Shown: piece after piece, positions 1-9,031 of the stretch
Layout: each line of letters opens with the position of its first letter
Numbering within the stretch: position 1 is the first letter of the stretch
Assembly (NCBI GenBank): GCA_958295955.1
Contig: OY282420.1
Location: 726,236-790,235 of the forward strand
From: an uncultured Bryobacterales bacterium
Lineage (GTDB): Bacteria; Acidobacteriota; Terriglobia; Bryobacterales; UBA6623
Direction of reading: 5' to 3'
DNA: 64,000 nt
Made by a program: the position numbers and the translations under genes
The notes under the pieces: generated by a model
Database searches by the model: none
Told to the model about the DNA's origin: nothing
Seen by the model: the letters and a program-made list of their open reading frames with translations, nothing else

Positions 1-1571
<1,571 letters not shown>

Positions 1572-1708
1572 GACATCGGAAGCGCCTTCATTGTACTGGA
1601 TTCGCCCAACGGAAAAGGATTCTTGGCGGAACCGCCCGGCGCCGCAAGCCGAGCGGCGAATGCCGCGGCCTCCGCCATGCGAAGGCCGTCGGGAAAGAAC
1701 CATCGCTC

Positions 1709-1815
1709 CTTATTAAAGGCTGCCGTTAACATGGAGGCGCCCCCGCTGCTTATTAAAGGCTGCCTTTAACATGGAACGCCAAATGCTCTATATTAAAGGC
1801 AGCCTATAACATGGA
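1709..1815 (+). repeat. Three imperfect tandem copies with an exact 40-bp period (starts 1709, 1749, 1789), each containing a 17-bp palindrome TTAAAGGCNGCCTTTAA-like core and ending in TAACATGGA
   Basis: Read directly: CTTATTAAAGGCTGCCGTTAACATGGA / CTTATTAAAGGCTGCCTTTAACATGGA / TATATTAAAGGCAGCCTATAACATGGA. Palindrome cores lie at 1713-1729, 1753-1769 (perfect 8-bp arms) and 1793-1809. The ATG of the third copy is the Fic start codon. Confidence 0.9.
1731..1809 (+). other. Two consecutive 12-codon upstream mini-ORFs (1731-1769 MEAPPLLIKGCL, 1771-1809 MERQMLYIKGSL), each separated from the next ATG by one base (TAA-C-ATG)
   Basis: Hand translation. The stop codons lie inside the palindromes. 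The second mini-ORF ends at 1809, one nucleotide before the Fic ATG at 1811. Whether they are translated is unknown. Confidence 0.35.
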
Positions 1816-2983
1816 GTCATTCGAAACGAGGGCCGGACGCTACATCAGGCAGGTCAGCGGTTACCGGGCATTCATTCCGGCGCCGCTGCCGCCCGATCCT
1901 CCGGTGCGGGTCGAAGGAGAGTTGCAAACCCTGCTCTCTGCGGCCGACCTCAGCGTAGGGCGTCTTGACGGCTCGATTCAGACGTTGCCCAACCCCGACC
2001 TCTTCGTGTCGATGTACGTGCGCAATGAAGCGGTGCTGTCGAGCCGGATCGAAGGGACGCAAAGCTCGTTGCAAGACGTGTTGGCGGCGGAAGCGAAGGT
2101 TCTTGCCCGAGGCCGGCCGCAGGACGTCAACGAGTTGCTGAACTACATCGACGCGATGCATTACGGCCTCGAGCGCTTGCCCGATTTGCCGGTCTCGGTG
2201 CGTCTCATCCGCGAAATCCATGCCAAGCTCATGCGCCGAGTGCGCGGCGCAAACCTTACTCCGGGCGAACTGCGCACCAGTCAAAACTGGATCGGCGCCC
2301 CCGGCGGCACGCTGCGCGAAGCCGCTTTCGTGCCGCCGCCGCCTCATGAAGTACCCAATGCATTGGGTAATCTGGAGACTTTTCTGCACGACCCCGGCGA
2401 TCTGCCGGTTCTCATCCGTATCGGCATGGCCCACGCGCAATTCGAGACGATTCATCCCTTCCTCGACGGCAACGGCCGGGTCGGTCGGCTGCTCATTACG
2501 TTTTTGCTTTGCGAGCGGAAAGTGCTCCTCAAGCCGGTGCTCTACCTCTCCCATTTTTTCGAGCGGCATCGGCAAGCGTACTACGAGCATCTGCAAGCGG
2601 TGCGCGATAGAGGGGCATGGGAAGAGTGGCTCGCTTTTTTTCTGCGCGGCGTTCTGGATGTAAGCGCCCAAGCTGCCGACACCGCTCGCCGGATACTCGC
2701 GCTTCGCGAGAAGCATCGCGTCCTGGTAACGGAGAGGCTGGGCTATGCCGCCGGCAACGGCCACCGCGTGCTGGAGCATCTTTACAAACACCCCGTCGTT
2801 TCGGTAGCCAACGTGCAGCGTCTGATTGGAACGACCTATGCGACAGCCAATAACTTGGTCGCCCGCATGACGGATTGCGGCATTCTGCAAGAATTCACCG
2901 GCCAAGCCCGCAACCGGGCATTCGACTATCGGGACTACATCGCCCTGTTTCACGACGCCGACGAACCGGAAAGCGCGATATGA
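1811..2983 (+). CDS. fic: Fic family protein (Fic_N + Fido + C-terminal wHTH; class II with an intramolecular inhibitory motif), probable AMP transferase
   Basis: The canonical Fic motif HPFLDGNGRVGR is at about aa 215-226. The inhibitory (S/T)xxxE(G/N) motif appears as S77-SRI-E81-G82. The N-terminus YRAFIPAPLPP is typical of Fic_N. Confidence 0.9.
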   Translation: MESFETRAGRYIRQVSGYRAFIPAPLPPDPPVRVEGELQTLLSAADLSVGRLDGSIQTLPNPDLFVSMYVRNEAVLSSRIEGTQSSLQDVLAAEAKVLARGRPQDVNELLNYIDAMHYGLERLPDLPVSVRLIREIHAKLMRRVRGANLTPGELRTSQNWIGAPGGTLREAAFVPPPPHEVPNALGNLETFLHDPGDLPVLIRIGMAHAQFETIHPFLDGNGRVGRLLITFLLCERKVLLKPVLYLSHFFERHRQAYYEHLQAVRDRGAWEEWLAFFLRGVLDVSAQAADTARRILALREKHRVLVTERLGYAAGNGHRVLEHLYKHPVVSVANVQRLIGTTYATANNLVARMTDCGILQEFTGQARNRAFDYRDYIALFHDADEPESAI

Positions 2984-3132
2984 CCGCCGGCCTCGCCTGC
3001 GAACGCCCGGCGCGCCCCAACAAGCTGCCCGGCGTCGTCATCGGCGCAGACGAGAGCGACGGAAGCCGCCATGCCTCGCGGTTGATTCAGGCGTGGTCAC
3101 GGCAGACGCTCGTTATTAAAATTTCCGCCTAA
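2980..3132 (+). CDS. Hypothetical 50-aa ORF translationally coupled to fic (ATG overlaps the fic TGA within ATATGA)
   Basis: Hand translation gives MTAGLACERPARPNKLPGVVIGADESDGSRHASRLIQAWSRQTLVIKISA. Third codon positions are strongly G/C-biased by eye, as in real genes here. No recognisable family; it could be a remnant. Confidence 0.3.
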   Translation: MTAGLACERPARPNKLPGVVIGADESDGSRHASRLIQAWSRQTLVIKISA

Positions 3133-3144
3133 AAATTTTAATAA
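3113..3144. promoter_or_regulatory. Perfect 12-bp AT-only inverted repeat TTATTAAAATTT-(8 nt)-AAATTTTAATAA between fic and hsdS
   Basis: Read directly. The arms are 3113-3124 and 3133-3144, with loop CCGCCTAA. It is an AT-rich patch in GC-rich context, so it may be an operator, a weak terminator or a recombination site; function unknown. Confidence 0.5.
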
Positions 3145-3185
3145 TATCCTCGGCTATTGCAAAAACTTAAATAAGGCATCTCGTC

Positions 3186-4583
3186 ATGCAGCGCGAAAAA
3201 ATCGGCAGGCGCGGGACAACGAACGCCGGCCGCGAACCTTACCCGGACTACAAACCCTCCGGCGTCGAGTGGCTTGGCGATACGCCGGCGCATTGGGGGA
3301 TGCGGCGGTTGAAGTTGAACGCTGAAAATGTAGTCCGCCAAACCCGCGGACGGAGGCACGAAGAAATTTATATTGCCCTTGAACACGTTGAGAGTTGGAC
3401 CGGGAAAATTCGCAAGGCCGATTCGGATGTGGATTTCGATAGCCAAGTAAAACAATTCCGAGAAGGGGACGTACTGTTCGGCAAGCTGCGTCCATACTTG
3501 GCAAAAGTGGCGCGTCCTGCCGGGAGCGGCGTATGCGTCGGCGAATTCTTGGTGTTGCGCCCCCACGCCGACAACTTGCTGCCCGGCTATCTTGAGCAAC
3601 TCCTTCGATCGAAACCGATTATCGATGTAATCGACGCCTCGACATTCGGAGCCAAGATGCCGCGCGCCGATTGGCGGTTCATCGGAAATTTGGCTTTGCC
3701 TCTCCCGCCCCTCGCAGAGCAGGCGACCATCGCGCATTATCTGGACAACGTTACCGGACGCATCCGCCGCTGCATCGCCGGTAGAGAGCGGCTCGTCGGC
3801 CTACTGGAAGAGAAGCGCCGCGCCGTTATCCATCGCGCCGTCACCCGCGGCCTCGATCCCAACGTCCGCCTGAAACCCTCCGGCGTCGAGTGGCTCGGCG
3901 ACGTTCCGGCTCATTGGGATGTCGCTGCTCTAAAGCACCGATACTCGCAATGCCTTGGCAAAATGTTGGACTCCAAGCGAATCACGGGCAACTACTTGAT
4001 CCCTTACCTCCGGAATACCGATGTTCAGTGGAATCGAATCAACATCGAAGATCTTCCAGAAATGGACATTCCTCCAAACGAGTACAGTCGCTATACAGTT
4101 CAACACGGCGACTTACTTGTATGCGAGGGCGGAGACGTAGGCCGGTGTGCGCTTTGGTCGGGTGAATTGGCCGTGTGCGGGTTTCAGAAGGCGCTGCATA
4201 GACTCCGGCCTCAGAATGTAGGTTGGGACGTGCCGCGTTTTATGTATTACGTCCTTCACGCCGCAGTGAACGGCAACGCTTTCAACGATGGCCACATGAG
4301 CACCATCGAGCACTTGACAGGGGATAAGTTTAGAACGCATCGTTTTCCATTCCCGCCCTTTGCCGAGCAAGCCGCCATCGCCGCCCATCTGGACAAGGCA
4401 ACCGCAGCCATAGACGCCGCCGTTGCTTGCGCCCGCCGCCAAATCGAGTTGCTGCGCGAATACCGCGCCCGCCTGACCGCCGATGTAGTCACCGGCAAGC
4501 TCGACGTGCGCGAAGCGACGGCCAATCTACCCGATGAATCCGGCGAATCGGTAGTCTTGTTTCCAGAGAAACGATCCAAGTAG
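3186..4583 (+). CDS. hsdS: Type I restriction-modification specificity subunit HsdS (two target-recognition domains)
   Basis: There is a duplicated conserved module KPSGVEWLGDTPAHW / KPSGVEWLGDVPAHW, central and C-terminal conserved helices LPPLAEQATIAHYLD and PPFAEQAAIAAHLD, and a C-terminus VVTGKLDVRE. No hsdM or hsdR is present anywhere in the window. Confidence 0.9.
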   Translation: MQREKIGRRGTTNAGREPYPDYKPSGVEWLGDTPAHWGMRRLKLNAENVVRQTRGRRHEEIYIALEHVESWTGKIRKADSDVDFDSQVKQFREGDVLFGKLRPYLAKVARPAGSGVCVGEFLVLRPHADNLLPGYLEQLLRSKPIIDVIDASTFGAKMPRADWRFIGNLALPLPPLAEQATIAHYLDNVTGRIRRCIAGRERLVGLLEEKRRAVIHRAVTRGLDPNVRLKPSGVEWLGDVPAHWDVAALKHRYSQCLGKMLDSKRITGNYLIPYLRNTDVQWNRINIEDLPEMDIPPNEYSRYTVQHGDLLVCEGGDVGRCALWSGELAVCGFQKALHRLRPQNVGWDVPRFMYYVLHAAVNGNAFNDGHMSTIEHLTGDKFRTHRFPFPPFAEQAAIAAHLDKATAAIDAAVACARRQIELLREYRARLTADVVTGKLDVREATANLPDESGESVVLFPEKRSK

Positions 4584-4786
4584 GGTTTTGGGCTTTCGCC
4601 GTTGTCCGCCCATTGTTTCCGCGCACGGACGCTGCAACGAGAACGCAACGTTCAGGCCGGGCGGTTACACGGCGAGCCGCGGCCTTTGCCCTTCTGGAGT
4701 CGAAACGCGCTGCACGACCGCTATGACGGGAACGGCGCCGTCCGAGAGATGGGCGGCAAGCGCACCGCGAACCGATCAAGCCGCTC

Positions 4787-7700
4787 TTAAGGTAACCGTT
4801 GCTCCAGATGCATTCTGGTATCCCACCAATCTGCCTCTTGTTTGTAACCGGCCGCGATGTCTTCCAAAACGCCACCGACATATGGAAATTCGAAGGAAAT
4901 CCGCCGCTTACATTCGCGATATGAGGCTGCTAGATCTCGTTCTTGCCTGCCGCCCCTGCCCCGCAATTGAACCCCTCTGTCGTTAGATGTCCCCATACAA
5001 AAGCCTATACCGACATCCTTCGAGGCCATCCATTCGAGAACCTCGCAGATCGAACGGCAAGGCCATGCGCCATCCTCATCTGCCGGGGCGCGAGCTAGAA
5101 GCTGACCGATCATCTGATCGCCAATTGCGGCCCGATCATACTGTTTGCAAAGCGCACGAACTTCTCGAAGCCAGTTTTTCAGTTTGTCTGTACGGATCGC
5201 GCCATGATCGCCAGTTCCTGGAATGCGCCGCATTTGATATAAAAAATAGAATGCTGCCTTCTCCATCGTCCTGCGCCGTTCAGGATCATCGATGCGCCAC
5301 TCAGACGGATCTTCTCCGTCGTCTCTACGCTTGAAGAGCAGGGTGATCATCCGCACATACAGAGCGGGTGAACCAACAACCTGCTTTTCGAGATTGGGAA
5401 TGCCGCGTTCGCTGCGCTCAAGCACCGCAAGATACGGAAATTCCAGCCGGGCCTTTTCCTCGCTCGCTACCCCAGGCCGTCTGTCCAATTCTTCGAAAGC
5501 TGCGGAGATATAATACTCTAACGGATCATGAACATACCTGTTTTCTGATGTAACTGTGGGTAGGATGTCAAGAAGGCGCATCAGCCGTGTTGTCTCGACC
5601 TTGCTCCAGCATCGGCGAGCTACTTCAAAAGCAGCCCACGGGCGCTCTACTGCCAAAAATCTGTCGATTGGTTCGTTGATGCAATCTTTCTTATAGTGCC
5701 CAAATGTTCCGGATTGACCCCAATATGAATTCCTGATTTTTTCCGGTTCGGCATCGACTCGTCGCCAAGTTTCCGCTCGGAACGGCAGGCAGAGATACAA
5801 GAAAATCAAATCGTCCTGCGAACAGGATCCGTCGCTTTTCCTGACGAACATTGCAATGGAATCGGGATCTTCCTCCCATAGAAATCCTTTAAGGCAATTC
5901 TCGTACTTCGTCTTTGATCCATCGGACGCCGCCCGCAGGCAGGACCGAACGAAATCGATTCTCGCGCTCTCCTCTTGCAGCAACTCCGCCATGAGCCCTC
6001 CGACGATGCCCGGTTCGCTTCGATCCAGCAAGGCATCTACACCGTCGAAACCGCGTTCTCGCCAGATCTCGCGCAATGCTCCGAGTTGCCGTTCACGGAT
6101 GATTGACGACCACTCGATCCAGTCCGGCAAGAATAGCTGCGCATGGCGGATGACCAAGTCTTTCGGCTCAAGCTTCGCCAATACTTGGGGCGGACACGCA
6201 AGGCTATCGGAGAGATCGTCTTGGATGTGTTGGATGCGTTGGATGCGTCGGCGCAAATCGGCTTTGGCGTCATCGGACGCATCGCCGTCCGCCCAGCCTT
6301 CGATCAGCTTCCAGACAGCCTCCCCGTACCCCTCTCCCAGTGCTTCGAGCCGTTCTACGAGCTCCCACAGGGTCTTTTCGTCATGGTCGGGCCGATTCAA
6401 GGCAAGATCAATGGCTTTGCGGACAAAGGCGCCCCTTTCAGCCTGCGATACAGGCTGTCCCGCGCCTGAAGCATCGCTCCGCCAACGCGGACGTTGATTG
6501 TAGTGCCCGACCTGCTGCCCCGGATTGAATTGCTCAATACACAACGTCCAGCCTATTTCGGGATAGCGCGATACGAGGGTTTCCAACACTCGTATTCGGT
6601 CTTCCACGGGAGCAGCGGTCTGCGGCATCCAGGATCGGAAAATGCACTGGAGCGAGTGTTCCGGCTTGTTCGCCCAGTTGTCTTTGATCTTCCGGGTGGA
6701 AAGCCGCGCGAGGATGTCGGCGACTCTCGGAAGATTTCCGGGGTTCCAGGCCAAGCGCTCCAGCGCCCACAACAAGCCTGTCCGACCAGGACGGCTGCCG
6801 AAGATCGGATCGCTTTCCGGTCGCATCAGTTCAAGAGTTGCGGGTTCGCTCTCGCGAAGGTCCTGTTCGATCAGACGCAGGAATGTCTCGGGGGCGGCTT
6901 CCGCATAGTCCGGCAGGTCGTCGTCATGCGAGAAGAATTTTTCGGCGGTAAGCGGGTCGAGCAGTTTTTGGATGAGTTCTGAAACTTCCCTTTGGGCGTC
7001 GAAACCCAGTCGTCGGGAAAAACGATCGTTGCCGTAAACAGCCAGCAAAACCAGAGTTTCACGGATGCCGCAGCGCAAGGCTTTCGAATGATTCCGCACT
7101 TTTCCGTAAACTTCAGCCATCCATTGCTTGTCATCGGGCAGGTCGAGGGCAGGGTCTTCCTCCGAAAGCATGTATTCAGCCGCAAAAAAGAAATTGTCGA
7201 GATTCGATTTGGTGATGAAACCGGCAATCGCAAACAGCGCATCGATCCTGGAGACGACGCCCCGATAGTCCCCGACCGACCAGACCGGCGGATCGTCGAG
7301 ACGCAGCAACTCCGCGGTGTTGTCTTCGACTGTTGAGTCGCCGGCATTGGCGAGCAAGCGGATAGCCTCGCGGTCACCGCGTGACCCTTCATGCCATGCG
7401 CCGGCTAACGCCATGGGTACGAGTTTCTTCGCGGTTTCCGCATCACTCGCCCACTCGGGTGTGCAAATTGGGGGGAGGCGCCTCCGCAAAATTGTCGGCG
7501 ACCGCGCGGATTCCCGCGCAAGTCTCTCTACCTCATCCCCTGCGATGTTCATCGCGCTGAGGGCTTTCTCGAAATCCTCGTAGCTCAAAAGGTTGAGCGT
7601 AATATCGGGTTGGGAATCCACGTCATTACTCGGCCTTACAACGATGCAATGAAAGCGGCGATAGAACCCTGAAAGCTCTCTTTCCACGTCCCGGCCGTGT

Positions 7701-8770
7701 ACCGCGATCACAAGAGAAGCCGGCGCCGCCGTGTCGAGACGCCGCAGCGCTTCCGGCGTATTGCAGACGATCGTCCGTTGCTCCAAAGCGTAGGTTTTGG
7801 GTTGCTCCGACTTGGCGAAAGACGCAAGGAAGGCGAGCGCTTCATCCTTCGAGTCCGCGGCGATGACGAAAGGACGGTCGGGCTTCCCCTGCAACCAATC
7901 CTCAAATTTTTTCTTGGATTCCCGAACGGCCGCGTCGAAAAGCGCTTGCGGCAGTTTCGGCTCGCTTGCCGAAGCCCAACGCGACCAGCACTGCTCAAGC
8001 GAGCGATAGTCTTGGGTCGGCTTGGCAAACCAGATTTGCACCGGCGCGGACTGCTCGATCCATTGCTCCAGGTCGCTCGCGTCATAGGCCCTGACGTCCT
8101 TCCAGTGTCCGAGAGCTTTTTTGGCTTCCGCCCATTGACGTTTGTCCGGCCAATTGCGCGGCGTCACGAAGACGAACGTGCGTCCGGCCCGGTCTTCCGG
8201 CGGTACGGATTTTATCCGCGCCGCATAGTCCCCATCGGCTTTCGACTTGAGATCTTGGCTGCAACTGAACTCCCAGCCGGACCTGCCTTCCGGTACCCAG
8301 GGCGTAGGCTCCACCGTCTCGACGAGGCCGTCCCAACCCTTCCGTTCGGCATTGTCATAGGCGGGGAAATCCACAAGTGCAAGATTCCGTCCGGTCGAAT
8401 GGATCAGTCTTCTCAGAAGCGCCGGAAGCTGCTGCCTTGCCTCGATACGGTTGGCCCAAATTTCGATCTGGTGCGCCTTGATTGTAAGGATTGTCGGCGC
8501 ATAGGTTCCAACGGCCGCGGTCTGCTGTTGCGCGGATTCCTCCCAAGAGTCGAGCCGGGCCTGAAGATCGAGAAGGTATTGACGGTCCGCGCCGAACGCC
8601 CGTTCGAGACGGCCGGCCATCTCCTGCGATAACGCCGCCTTGCCGTTCAGGAAGTTGGACAGCGCGGGGCGACCGACGCCAAGAAGCTTGGCGGCCGCAG
8701 TAACCGTCCGGCCGGGCGGAAGGACGTGTTCCCTCACGTATCGGCCGGGATGGATGGGTTTCTCAGGCAT
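4787..8770 (-). CDS. 1327-aa protein: N-terminal HigA/VapI-type XRE helix-turn-helix fused to a large uncharacterised region
   Basis: aa 1-80 read IHPGRYVREHVLPPGRTVTAAAKLLGVGRPALSNFLNGKAALSQEMAGRLERAFG, a HigA antidote-type HTH. The rest has no motif I recognise, and I saw no GxxxxGK[ST] P-loop. A segment GWDGLVE...GWEFSCSQDLKSK is vaguely nuclease-like, which is only an inference. The gene is visibly less GC-rich than its neighbours. Confidence 0.85.
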   Translation of the reverse strand: MPEKPIHPGRYVREHVLPPGRTVTAAAKLLGVGRPALSNFLNGKAALSQEMAGRLERAFGADRQYLLDLQARLDSWEESAQQQTAAVGTYAPTILTIKAHQIEIWANRIEARQQLPALLRRLIHSTGRNLALVDFPAYDNAERKGWDGLVETVEPTPWVPEGRSGWEFSCSQDLKSKADGDYAARIKSVPPEDRAGRTFVFVTPRNWPDKRQWAEAKKALGHWKDVRAYDASDLEQWIEQSAPVQIWFAKPTQDYRSLEQCWSRWASASEPKLPQALFDAAVRESKKKFEDWLQGKPDRPFVIAADSKDEALAFLASFAKSEQPKTYALEQRTIVCNTPEALRRLDTAAPASLVIAVHGRDVERELSGFYRRFHCIVVRPSNDVDSQPDITLNLLSYEDFEKALSAMNIAGDEVERLARESARSPTILRRRLPPICTPEWASDAETAKKLVPMALAGAWHEGSRGDREAIRLLANAGDSTVEDNTAELLRLDDPPVWSVGDYRGVVSRIDALFAIAGFITKSNLDNFFFAAEYMLSEEDPALDLPDDKQWMAEVYGKVRNHSKALRCGIRETLVLLAVYGNDRFSRRLGFDAQREVSELIQKLLDPLTAEKFFSHDDDLPDYAEAAPETFLRLIEQDLRESEPATLELMRPESDPIFGSRPGRTGLLWALERLAWNPGNLPRVADILARLSTRKIKDNWANKPEHSLQCIFRSWMPQTAAPVEDRIRVLETLVSRYPEIGWTLCIEQFNPGQQVGHYNQRPRWRSDASGAGQPVSQAERGAFVRKAIDLALNRPDHDEKTLWELVERLEALGEGYGEAVWKLIEGWADGDASDDAKADLRRRIQRIQHIQDDLSDSLACPPQVLAKLEPKDLVIRHAQLFLPDWIEWSSIIRERQLGALREIWRERGFDGVDALLDRSEPGIVGGLMAELLQEESARIDFVRSCLRAASDGSKTKYENCLKGFLWEEDPDSIAMFVRKSDGSCSQDDLIFLYLCLPFRAETWRRVDAEPEKIRNSYWGQSGTFGHYKKDCINEPIDRFLAVERPWAAFEVARRCWSKVETTRLMRLLDILPTVTSENRYVHDPLEYYISAAFEELDRRPGVASEEKARLEFPYLAVLERSERGIPNLEKQVVGSPALYVRMITLLFKRRDDGEDPSEWRIDDPERRRTMEKAAFYFLYQMRRIPGTGDHGAIRTDKLKNWLREVRALCKQYDRAAIGDQMIGQLLARAPADEDGAWPCRSICEVLEWMASKDVGIGFCMGTSNDRGVQLRGRGGRQERDLAASYRECKRRISFEFPYVGGVLEDIAAGYKQEADWWDTRMHLEQRLP

Positions 8771-8790
8771 GGTTGCCTCCTTTCTCGATA

Positions 8791-8819
8791 ATTATAGCCC
8801 GTAGCGCAACAGAAGTCAA
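8791..8819 (-). promoter_or_regulatory. Near-consensus sigma70-type promoter for the 1327-aa gene: -35 TTGACT (8819-8814), 17-nt spacer, -10 TATAAT (8796-8791); SD AGGAGG at 8781-8776, 5 nt before ATG 8770
   Basis: Read directly on the minus strand: TTGACTtctgttgcgctacgggcTATAATtatcgagaaAGGAGGcaaccATG. Confidence 0.6.
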
Positions 8820-9031
8820 ATTCTTGTAGTGATATTTCTAACTTTTCGCCAGAAACCCCGCCGCTCGGCTAAACTGACCTGCATGCCCAACCGGTCCATG
8901 CGTTGGTCCGCCGGTTCGATGCCGCGGGGGCGCTTTCGAGACCGCATCCCGCAGCGTCCGGCATTCGGCCTGTCGGCATACCTCCCAAAAGAACTCGATA
9001 TCCGACCTATAACCCCCACGAAAGCAACATC

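Noticed and set aside
3252..3918. A direct repeat of about 45 bp (AAACCCTCCGGCGTCGAGTGGCT...) 618 bp apart inside hsdS, considered as possible IS or recombination ends
   Set aside because: This is the normal internal duplication of HsdS (conserved regions preceding each target-recognition domain). No recombinase or inverted partner hsdS is nearby to suggest a shufflon.
6221..6247. A 3 x 9-bp tandem repeat (TTGGATGYG) in the giant gene, considered as a phase-variation tract
   Set aside because: The unit length is a multiple of three, so copy-number change keeps the frame. With only three copies there is no evidence for switching.
4787..8770. Interpreting the N-terminal HigA domain as one half of a classical higBA toxin-antitoxin pair
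   Set aside because: No HigB-like ORF lies upstream in the 260-bp promoter region. The only HigB-like remnant (63129-63379) is 54 kb away, degenerate and on an unrelated locus.
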